A stretch of DNA of 31,752 nt from Methanoregula sp. Lineage in GTDB: Archaea; Halobacteriota; Methanomicrobia; Methanomicrobiales; Methanospirillaceae. Of the stretch, positions 10,078-17,710 are shown piece after piece. How positions within the stretch are numbered: the first letter of the stretch is position 1; every line of letters starts with the position of its first letter. The translations under genes were made by a program, and so were the position numbers. The stretch is from the NCBI GenBank assembly GCA_039698055.1, contig JBDKTL010000045.1:1-31752 (forward strand), given 5' to 3'. The notes under the pieces are model-generated. The model was given only the letters and a program-made list of their open reading frames with translations, was not told the DNA's origin and searched no databases.

Positions 10078-10280
10078 AAAATCCTGATGATAGAAACAGG
10101 TGCTGCATCAAAAAAATTGAACGGTTGGTATAAAAATAATGTACCAGGTAACGCCAATAGCGATCATTATCTTTTTTTTGATACCTGGTGGACGCTTCCA
10201 TGAATATGTATTCGTGCAGCAAACAAGGCCACGCTCTGGATGATGGCACCGGTTTATTGGGATAAAGAGCTCAGGTACAG

Positions 10281-10976
10281 ATGATACTGATGAAATGGAA
10301 AGACTGGGTACATGTGACAAAACTCGATCCGGACAAACAGCTGGCGCCCGGAGCAATCGACGCCATCGCCACAAGTGGAACAGATGCGCTGATGCTTTCC
10401 GGTACCCTGAACGTAACACAGGAAAACCTTACGGCACTCCAGAAACAGGTCAAGGCATACGACCTGCCGATCGTTATGGAACCTGCCGGGCCGGAAGCGG
10501 TGCTTATGCAGGGAATTGATTACGTGTTTTTGCCAAGTGTCATGAACACGACTGACGTCCAGTGGATTGTTGGCAAGCACTGTGCATGGGTACAGCAACA
10601 GAAAGACAAAATTCCCTGGGAGTCCATCGTCCCGGAGGCTTACATTGTACTCAACCCGGCGTCATCTGTCGGTAAAGTGACAAAAGCACTCTGTTCAATC
10701 TCCGCAGACGAGGTCGCAGCATATACGGCAATCGCTGATCGCTATTTCCATTTCCCTATCGTCTATATTGAATACAGCGGGACATACGGCAATCCTTCGA
10801 TAGTAAAGGCGGCATCAGAAGCCCTCGATACTGCGATTCTCTATTATGGCGGAGGGATCAATTCCGCGGAGAAGGCGGCTGAAATGAGCAGGTATGCAGA
10901 TACCATTGTGGTCGGTAACGCGGTGTATGACCTTGGGCCCGGTGTCCTCAAAGCCACCGTGGACGCCATCCAGTAA
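10281..10976 (+). CDS. Geranylgeranylglyceryl phosphate synthase (group I, PcrB family)
   Basis: HVTKLDPDK, SGTDALMLSGT, EAYIVLNP, YIEYSG, YGGGI, VVGNAVY. The true start may be ATG 10290. Confidence 0.93.
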   Translation: MILMKWKDWVHVTKLDPDKQLAPGAIDAIATSGTDALMLSGTLNVTQENLTALQKQVKAYDLPIVMEPAGPEAVLMQGIDYVFLPSVMNTTDVQWIVGKHCAWVQQQKDKIPWESIVPEAYIVLNPASSVGKVTKALCSISADEVAAYTAIADRYFHFPIVYIEYSGTYGNPSIVKAASEALDTAILYYGGGINSAEKAAEMSRYADTIVVGNAVYDLGPGVLKATVDAIQ

Positions 10977-10984
10977 TTTTTTTT

Positions 10985-11740
10985 ATGCCCGAGATCGATA
11001 TCGTCCTTGTCGCCCCCATCTACGAGGGAAACGTGGGGTTTGCCGCGCGGGTGATGAAAAACTTCGGGTTTACCCGGCTCGTGCTTGTCGATCCGTGCAA
11101 GCTCGGGAATGAAGCAAAAGCCCGGGCTTCCCATGCGCAGGATGTTCTTGTTTCTGCCGAGATTTGTACAATCGAGGACGTGTTTGCCCGCAGCAGCATT
11201 GTTATTGCCACAACCGGCGAGGTGAGCAAGTCGGTCTGCACACCTATGCGGATGCCCTTTTATTCACCACGGGAACTGCGGGAGCATATCGGCGCTCTGG
11301 ACGGACGGATCTCAATCCTGTTTGGCCGGGAGAACTGGGGGCTCAATAACGAGGAAGTCAAACGCAGCGATATGATCTGCACGATCCCAACGGCAGAGGA
11401 CTACCCGATCCTCAATCTTTCCCACGCGGTAGGTGTTGTCTGCTACGAGCTGGCGAACCTGCCAAAAGCACAGTACAAACTCGCCTCCCCTTTTGAGATG
11501 GGGCACCTGTACCATCATATCGACCAGTTCCTCGATGCTATCGACCACCCGGAATTCAAGCGCGAGAACACGATGGTGATGATGCGCCGGATCTTCGGCC
11601 GGGCAAACCTGACAACCCGGGAAGCCAGCACCGTACACGGGCTCCTGCGCCGGACCATGGGACATATCGACCCGGGGCTGCTTGACCGGGACAGAACGGG
11701 AAAGAAGAATCCGGGGGATTTTAGAGAAGAGGAGCGGTAG
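10985..11740 (+). CDS. trmJ: TrmJ/YjtD-family SPOUT tRNA 2'-O-methyltransferase
   Basis: IVLV.P...GNVGFAARVMKNFG, FGRENWGLNNEE, IPT...YPILNLSHAV...YEL. Confidence 0.88.
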   Translation: MPEIDIVLVAPIYEGNVGFAARVMKNFGFTRLVLVDPCKLGNEAKARASHAQDVLVSAEICTIEDVFARSSIVIATTGEVSKSVCTPMRMPFYSPRELREHIGALDGRISILFGRENWGLNNEEVKRSDMICTIPTAEDYPILNLSHAVGVVCYELANLPKAQYKLASPFEMGHLYHHIDQFLDAIDHPEFKRENTMVMMRRIFGRANLTTREASTVHGLLRRTMGHIDPGLLDRDRTGKKNPGDFREEER

Positions 11741-11768
11741 GCCGTACCGGAATTGGTTATGTATCGAG

Positions 11769-11854
11769 CCCCACTATAACTACACCGATCCGACAGGGCA
11801 TCGTTGCCACGCGAGACTGGCTGGCCCCCCTCTAGCCCGGATGAACTTTATCAA
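11769..11854 (-). repeat. Structured cassette-boundary site 1 (attC-like), downstream of the UDG-like gene
   Basis: CCCCACT (11769), N11, GATCCG (11787-11792), N45, CGGATGA (11838-11844). ATCCG pairs with CGGAT. Interior hairpins GGCA/TGCC and GGCTGG/CTAGCC. Outer ATAA/TTAT arms; the site abuts the stop codon at 11855. Confidence 0.5.
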
Positions 11855-12634
11855 TCATTTACGATAATTCTCTCTTAAAAATTTTACAAAACTTCCCGGT
11901 TTTTGGTCGTCATTTTCTTTGATATTCGTATGCTTTACCACCCCCGGATATTTGAACTCGAAAATATTCCTTCTTGAAGGATGATAAAATGGGAGAATAT
12001 GGATCGTTTTTTGCTTTTTCTCTCCGATTGTAACAGAGTAACCCTCAGGGGGAGCACCGGTTATTACTTGATAAAATGGTTTTTTAAACACGATTTGTGG
12101 ATTGAACGACGGCTTGAAATTAATGCTGGCTATTGCATCGCAAATACTCTTCATTGCACTTTGGCCGAAAGGAATGATAAATTCCAGATTTTCAAACTCG
12201 TTAATTTCATTTTGAAGATGGATATTGCATTGCGAAGAAGATTGCCGGATATTTTTTCCATTTTCCGGATGTCCTTCTTCTTTTCTCTTATCATGTGTCA
12301 GATCATCTCGTCCCAAATTTGAAAAACACTTTATCATATGTGTCCAGTAAATCGAACTATTACGGATATCAAGGGATTTTCTCCCAAAAATTTTAAGAAT
12401 ATACTTCGGGACTACGCTTTTAGGATCACAATTTTTACATTGGTCTTCCAAATCCTTTTCAATATCCTGAAGGTTTTTCATTTTCCCATTCTCATCATAT
12501 CTTCTGATCGGGGGATATTGTTCTGTGACAATCATAAACCGGATTTTTTGTTTGTTATGTGAAAAATAAAATGGGCCATCGTAATTTTTATTGTAACGGG
12601 GACAGTCTGATTTGTCGCACTCACGATTTTGCAT
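11855..12634 (-). CDS. Divergent uracil-DNA glycosylase superfamily protein (family 4/5-like fold), AT-rich
   Basis: Motifs in the expected order: FMIVTEQYP (motif A-like), IYWTHMIKC, C..HLQNEI, IIPFGQSA, LPFYHPS (motif B). A sampled 60-nt line is 33% GC (11881-11940) versus 62% in trmJ (11281-11340). Confidence 0.8.
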   Translation of the reverse strand: MQNRECDKSDCPRYNKNYDGPFYFSHNKQKIRFMIVTEQYPPIRRYDENGKMKNLQDIEKDLEDQCKNCDPKSVVPKYILKIFGRKSLDIRNSSIYWTHMIKCFSNLGRDDLTHDKRKEEGHPENGKNIRQSSSQCNIHLQNEINEFENLEFIIPFGQSAMKSICDAIASINFKPSFNPQIVFKKPFYQVITGAPPEGYSVTIGEKKQKTIHILPFYHPSRRNIFEFKYPGVVKHTNIKENDDQKPGSFVKFLRENYRK

Positions 12635-12659
12635 ACAGATAAGGGGATGTATCGAGTGG

Positions 12660-12667
12660 TTAAAATA
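12660..12667 (-). promoter_or_regulatory. Candidate TATA box for a leaderless UDG-like transcript
   Basis: TATTTTAA on the minus strand about 26 nt upstream of the ATG, which is the usual archaeal TATA-to-start spacing. Confidence 0.35.
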
Positions 12668-12721
12668 ATATCTTATCCATTCCCGGTTACTGAAACTCCC
12701 TTAACAGGCTCCTCCCAAAAC

Positions 12722-12806
12722 CCCCACTTATAATGTGCAGATCCGGGTTTCCACTCAAACCCGTCACAGGTATGTTGGCCTGTCACGGGTCGGATGACAC
12801 GTAACT
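12722..12806 (-). repeat. Structured cassette-boundary site 2 (attC-like), upstream of the UDG-like gene
   Basis: CCCCACT (12722), N11, GATCCG (12740-12745), N45, CGGATGA (12791-12797): the same spacing as site 1. Interior hairpin ACCCGTCACAGG-N8-CCTGTCACGGGT (11/12 paired). Outer ATGTG/CACGT pairing. Confidence 0.5.
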
Positions 12807-13169
12807 TCGGGAACCCTAAAACGGTGATCCAAAACAGGCCTTCTTTTCGATCGACCCCTGCTTACCCCCCACCCCCATCCCGTTTCGCCTCCCAATAGCG
12901 TACATTAGCGTTTTACAGCGCCCCGCAAAATGCTCCGTTTGGCGTGAATCCTGTGGAAAACATGATTTCAGAAATACTGAGCAAAACTGTACTGATTTTT
13001 GCAAAAGTTCCGGAAATGGATTGTCCGGATAGTTAATTGGGGCTCAAAAATGGCCCGGATTTGACCGGGTGAAAGGCAGTCCCCGTACAGAGCAAAATGG
13101 CAGACCGAAAGGAAAAAACCACACCCGGATGATCCTCTTATTTCAGATCAGCACCCATCAATTGAGAAG

Positions 13170-13721
13170 ATGATTCTCGTTGACTGGCAGCTCCGCGACC
13201 GCATCTCGCGGGGCCACATCAAAATTGACCCGTATGATGAAAAACTCATACAGCCCAACTCGATTGACATCCGGCTGGGTAACCATTTTGTCTGGTACGA
13301 GAAGAGCGCTGAGGTCATTGACCCGTACGTCAAAGATACCGTCACCGGTGGTGTTGGCGAACTCCACGCGGACTCATTTGTTCTCCATCCCGGGCAGTTC
13401 ATTCTCGCAGAAACGTACGAGTGCATCGGGCTTCCGGACAATATCGTCGCCACCATTGAGGGCAAGTCAAGCATTGCCCGTCTTGGTGTCACCCTCCACC
13501 AGACCGGCGGCTGGATCGATGCCGGGTTCAAGGGGACGATAACCCTTGAGATGGCGAACGTCAACTCACGGCCGGTGAAAGTCTATGCCGGGATGCCCAT
13601 CGGCCAGCTCGTTTTCTACACCACCAAGCGGGCCGAGAACCCGTACGACAAAAAAGGCGACGCAAAATATCTCGGCCAACGGCAGGCTACCCTCTCACGG
13701 TACCATGAGAGCAAGCGGTAA
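13170..13721 (+). CDS. dcd: dCTP deaminase
   Basis: [56 protein letters not shown]. Confidence 0.95.
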   Translation: MILVDWQLRDRISRGHIKIDPYDEKLIQPNSIDIRLGNHFVWYEKSAEVIDPYVKDTVTGGVGELHADSFVLHPGQFILAETYECIGLPDNIVATIEGKSSIARLGVTLHQTGGWIDAGFKGTITLEMANVNSRPVKVYAGMPIGQLVFYTTKRAENPYDKKGDAKYLGQRQATLSRYHESKR

Positions 13722-14036
13722 GGTGCGGGGTCCCGCAGACTCTTACGATCCGCGAATACAAGGGTTCGATCCAAAACATCCGGTTCCGGGCTGCTGCCAA
13801 CGTCTGGAAGAACCAGTTTGAAGCTAACTGCACGGCACGGAAAGATGCTGCGGGTGCCTGTAATTGGATCAACGGGAATCTGTGGGAAGTGTGACGGAAG
13901 AGGGAGTAGGGTGATTGCCGGCAAAGGCGCGGAAGAAGTTGTCCGGGATTGATCCTGCTCACTCCCAGCCCGGGTCATCATGTCCATTAATTATCATGAG
14001 AATTATTTCGATTCATTTAAGGCTCCTTATCTGCAA

Positions 14037-14069
14037 TTTTATTAAATATCGATGCCTGCGATTATCGCA
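14037..14069 (+). promoter_or_regulatory. Candidate TATA box plus adjacent palindrome upstream of the adhesin gene
   Basis: TTTTATTAAATA (14037-14048) followed by TGCGAT-T-ATCGCA (14057-14069). Confidence 0.35.
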
Positions 14070-14188
14070 CCGGGAACATCCCTCCCATCTGCCCAACTGT
14101 CGGAATTTTATTTCAGGAGCAGGGGAGAAGTCGTGGTAAGAAACCGGTTCAATGAACCGTTCGCAGGCCCGCAGGGACTTGTGATTGT

Positions 14189-17100
14189 ATGACAAAGCGG
14201 ATTTATCAGGATATGAGACCCTATGGGCCGGTCTTTTTTTTACTGGCGGTCTTTATGCTGGGGATTGTCATATCGCCGGTGTCGGCTGATGTGCATATCA
14301 TCAGTCCCGGTGCCGGTGCAATCCAAAACGCGATCACCACTACTGTAGCTGATGGGGATACCATCCTCCTGAACCATGGGACATACACAGAACATGACAT
14401 TTCGGTTACCAAGAATATCACCATCGGCGCCAACCCTGCGGACAGCGCGAACTCCGGCAATACCTTCATCGATGCACAGACACTGGGCAGGATCTTCAAA
14501 GTAACCGGCGGGTATAATCTCACCATTGACGACCTGACACTCCGGAACGGGAGGGCACCGGATGGCCTGCCTTCAGACAGGTTTGATCACACCGGTTTCG
14601 CCGGAGAATCCGGGGGAGCCATCTATTCCGATGGCCTGGTCACCGTAACATCATCCATTATTCATGACTGCCGGGCGGGCACTGGTGGTCACGGCTATGA
14701 CGGATCAGACGGATTGTTCGACCCCGGAACCGGGGGGGGCGACGGCGGCAACGGTGGCGCCATCTTCACCAGTGACGAGGCGGTCATCGATGCCACAACC
14801 ATTACGTACTGTTATGCAGGAAACGGCGGTAGGGGGGGTACGGTTTATGACACCGGCACCGGCGCCAAAGGAGGCGACGGTGGCGCAATATACGCCATGA
14901 ACTTCCTGACCCTCACGTCGTCTTCCATTACGAGCTGCATGGCGGGAGATCCGGGCAGTAGTGAAGGCGCCGGAGGTAATGGAGGAAACGGCGGCGGTAT
15001 ATATACCGCCAACTATACGTTCCCCATCAGTTACATGACCATCGGGTTCACGACGATTACGAACTGCAGTGCAGGAAAAGGAGGAAATGGCGTTCCTTAC
15101 TATGACGGCGGAAATGGGGGCAGCGGCGGCGGTATTTATTCAACCTGGCCAACGACAATAAACTCGTCCACAATATACGGCTGCAAAGCAGCTTCCCGGG
15201 GTACTAACACTGGTGCTACCCCGGGTGTTGACGGCCGTGGTGGTGCCTACGGGGGATTTAATTACGGGGGGACGCTGACCCTAAATAATTCAACCCTTAC
15301 CGGAAACTGGGCCCCGGTTGGCGGTGCCATCGGTATGAACGACGCGAGCCAGGGGGATATGAAGGTAACTTCATCAAATATTTCCTCTAACTCTGCAACT
15401 ACCTGGGGAGCTATCTACTACTGGGGAACGCTATATGCGACCTCATCAACCTTTACCGGCAACTCGGGCGGTGTAATAGAAGTATATCGTGGCTACCTGC
15501 ACCTGAACCGGTTTTACAACAATGTCGGGACAACGGTTTATTGCCCGTACGACACGACCTTGATCGAGGCCCAGAACAACTGGTGGGGCACAAACAGCAA
15601 CCCCTCGGGATACAAATTCGGAAATGTCACCTATTCCCCATGGCTGATGGTCTGCGCCACCGCCGCCCCGCCTTCCATCTCTCTGGGTGACACCTCTACG
15701 ATCCGGGCGAACCTGATGTACAACAATGAAGGTACCAACGCGTCCAGCGGAGGCATTTTTGTCCCGGACGCCATTCCGGTCGCTTTCGCGGTCACGGGCG
15801 GCGGGGGCACTCTTGATACAGCAACCGGGGGAACGGTAAAGGGTACGGGCACGACCACCTTCTTCCCTGCACAGACCGGTATCTCGACGATTCGATCAAC
15901 GGTTGACGGGCAGAGCGTGGACACGGATGTGCTGGTACCGGTCACGGCCAGGTTCAATGGTACTCCTGCCACCGGGCTACCCTCCCTTTTCGTCCAGTTC
16001 AACGACACATCCGATTGTACTGCGCCCCTCGCATGGAACTGGAGTCTTGGCGACGGTACCTGGTTCAATACTACGAACATCCTGGAACGGAACGCGAGCT
16101 ACACGTACACGGTGCCCGGGGATTACACCGTATCCCTGACCATTGCCAACGCTGCCGGCAGTAATACAACCACCAGGACAAATTATATCACCGTCATCAC
16201 CCCGCCTCCGGTAATATCCGGCATCACCCCGATCTCCGGCCCGGCAAATGGTGGTACCCTGGTAAATATAACCGGGACGAACCTTGCCGGTGCGACCAGT
16301 GTTACTTTCGGTACAGGCAACCCTGCAACTATTACCGCAAATACCGGCACGGCGATCAATGTGACTGCCCCGTCCGGTACATTAGGTCTCGTTGACGTTA
16401 CCGTCACCACACCGGGGGGGAGCGTCACGAAAAATAACGCATATACCTACGTTCCCGGACCGGCGACCCATCTCACCATATCAGCTCCATTCCACGTAAC
16501 CACCGGATCATCGTTTGGCATCACCGTAACTGCTCTCGATGCTATGAGCAATACTGCAACCGGGTATACCGGCACCGTGCATTTCACGAGCAGTGACTCT
16601 GCTGCCATCCTGCCGACAGACTACATGTTCGTAAGCGGGGATGCGGGAACCCATACCTTCTCCGCAACCCTCGCAACCATGGGATCCCGGACGATCACGG
16701 CAACAGATACAGTCACGGCATCGATTACGGGGACAACGGGACCAATCACCCTTACCACCTCCGACAGCGGGACGGACTCCTCGGGGGACTCCGGTCAGGC
16801 CACCTCGTTTGTGGCAAGCTCGCCCGGCACTATGTCCGGGGGTATCATGACCTTTACTATCGGCGAACCGCTCAGTTCAGGGAGCATGGATTATACCTGT
16901 GCTATCGCCACCGTCTCCATCGTCCCGACCGGGACGCTCGGCGCGACCGATCTCATCGTGACCGATGCCGGGGCAACCTCACACGCGCCCGATGGCCGGA
17001 CCACTGCCGGGATCTTCGCCATATCACCGGTCGCGGTCAACCCGGCGTCGATCAGTTCGGGCACGATAACGTTTGCCGTCTCCGGGGCGTGGCTTTCAGC

Positions 17101-17560
17101 ACATGGCCTTACTCCGGCAAATATCGTCCTCATGCGGTACCATGGCGGTGTATGGACGGAACTGCCGACCACGTACCAGTACACATCAGGGAACGCGAAT
17201 TATTTCACGGCCACAACACCCGGTTTCTCGTACTTTGCGATAACCACCCGTACCGGTGCGACCACGGTGAATGCGTCCGCAGCAGCGACGCGTATCACGG
17301 AGGCGGATACCCGGGCCACATCGGCCCTGTCATCAGCAGAACAGCATCAGGTGACACCCCAAAAGACGGCCACCCCGGTCATACAGCAAACCACTGTGGC
17401 ACTGGCTGCCGCTTCAGCACCTTCCGGTTCGTCCGGGTTCCCGGTCACGACCGTGGCCCTGATCGGGGCCGGGTGCGTGGTGCTGGTCGGTGCCGGGTGG
17501 TGGGTACGGCGCTGGTGGATCCGCCGTCAGAACCCGGCCCTGTTCCGGGACTATGACTGA
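14189..17560 (+). CDS. Large cell-surface adhesin-like glycoprotein: pectin-lyase-like beta-helix, Ig-like, PKD, IPT/TIG and PGF-pre-PGF domains, TM anchor
   Basis: Signal peptide ending SPVSA-D; GGAI repeats; NNWWGTN; PKD (WNWSLGDG, PGDYTVSLT); IPT (ITPISGPANGGTLVNITGTNL); PGF-pre-PGF (WTELPT...TTPGFSYFAI); TM helix plus RRWWIRRQNPALFRDYD; many NxS/T sequons. Confidence 0.88.
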   Translation: MTKRIYQDMRPYGPVFFLLAVFMLGIVISPVSADVHIISPGAGAIQNAITTTVADGDTILLNHGTYTEHDISVTKNITIGANPADSANSGNTFIDAQTLGRIFKVTGGYNLTIDDLTLRNGRAPDGLPSDRFDHTGFAGESGGAIYSDGLVTVTSSIIHDCRAGTGGHGYDGSDGLFDPGTGGGDGGNGGAIFTSDEAVIDATTITYCYAGNGGRGGTVYDTGTGAKGGDGGAIYAMNFLTLTSSSITSCMAGDPGSSEGAGGNGGNGGGIYTANYTFPISYMTIGFTTITNCSAGKGGNGVPYYDGGNGGSGGGIYSTWPTTINSSTIYGCKAASRGTNTGATPGVDGRGGAYGGFNYGGTLTLNNSTLTGNWAPVGGAIGMNDASQGDMKVTSSNISSNSATTWGAIYYWGTLYATSSTFTGNSGGVIEVYRGYLHLNRFYNNVGTTVYCPYDTTLIEAQNNWWGTNSNPSGYKFGNVTYSPWLMVCATAAPPSISLGDTSTIRANLMYNNEGTNASSGGIFVPDAIPVAFAVTGGGGTLDTATGGTVKGTGTTTFFPAQTGISTIRSTVDGQSVDTDVLVPVTARFNGTPATGLPSLFVQFNDTSDCTAPLAWNWSLGDGTWFNTTNILERNASYTYTVPGDYTVSLTIANAAGSNTTTRTNYITVITPPPVISGITPISGPANGGTLVNITGTNLAGATSVTFGTGNPATITANTGTAINVTAPSGTLGLVDVTVTTPGGSVTKNNAYTYVPGPATHLTISAPFHVTTGSSFGITVTALDAMSNTATGYTGTVHFTSSDSAAILPTDYMFVSGDAGTHTFSATLATMGSRTITATDTVTASITGTTGPITLTTSDSGTDSSGDSGQATSFVASSPGTMSGGIMTFTIGEPLSSGSMDYTCAIATVSIVPTGTLGATDLIVTDAGATSHAPDGRTTAGIFAISPVAVNPASISSGTITFAVSGAWLSAHGLTPANIVLMRYHGGVWTELPTTYQYTSGNANYFTATTPGFSYFAITTRTGATTVNASAAATRITEADTRATSALSSAEQHQVTPQKTATPVIQQTTVALAAASAPSGSSGFPVTTVALIGAGCVVLVGAGWWVRRWWIRRQNPALFRDYD

Positions 17561-17710
17561 TACCGGTACTTTGGAATTCCCTGCTTTTTTCTCCATGAAC
17601 CGAAAGCCACGGAAAATTCCGGAGCAGGAAGTCGCGCTCAGGATTAAGCACTATAAATACCGGGAAAACCCATTTTATAAGAATGATCGGATTTATGCGG
17701 AGATGAACCA

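Noticed and set aside
10108-10200. Minus-strand peptide KRPPGIKKKIMIAIGVTWYIIFIPTVQFF that looks like a membrane peptide
   Set aside because: No convincing start for the full stretch; hydrophobicity is explained by T-rich intergenic DNA.
11738-11740. TAG stop of trmJ as a pyrrolysine readthrough site
   Set aside because: The protein is already full length, and there is no pyl machinery or meaningful extension in view.
12658-12683. dif/Xer-like ATAA...TTAT dyad upstream of the UDG-like gene
   Set aside because: The spacer is 4 bp rather than 6 and the arms pair poorly; better explained as an AT-rich promoter.
12816-13004. 62-aa minus-strand ORF (...MYAIGRRNGMGVGGKQG...)
   Set aside because: TTG start, composition driven by G-runs, no motif; treated as non-coding.
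13742-13894. Frame LTIREYKGSIQ...VWKNQF...WINGNLWEV faintly like a RAYT/IS200 transposase C-terminus
   Set aside because: No start codon, no HUH motif and no catalytic Tyr in the expected place; the similarity is too weak without a profile search.
14732-14838. G8 and G7 tracts in the adhesin as phase-variation sites
   Set aside because: They arise from Gly-Gly codons, the frame is intact, and an equal G8 tract occurs in the housekeeping helicase (25288-25295).
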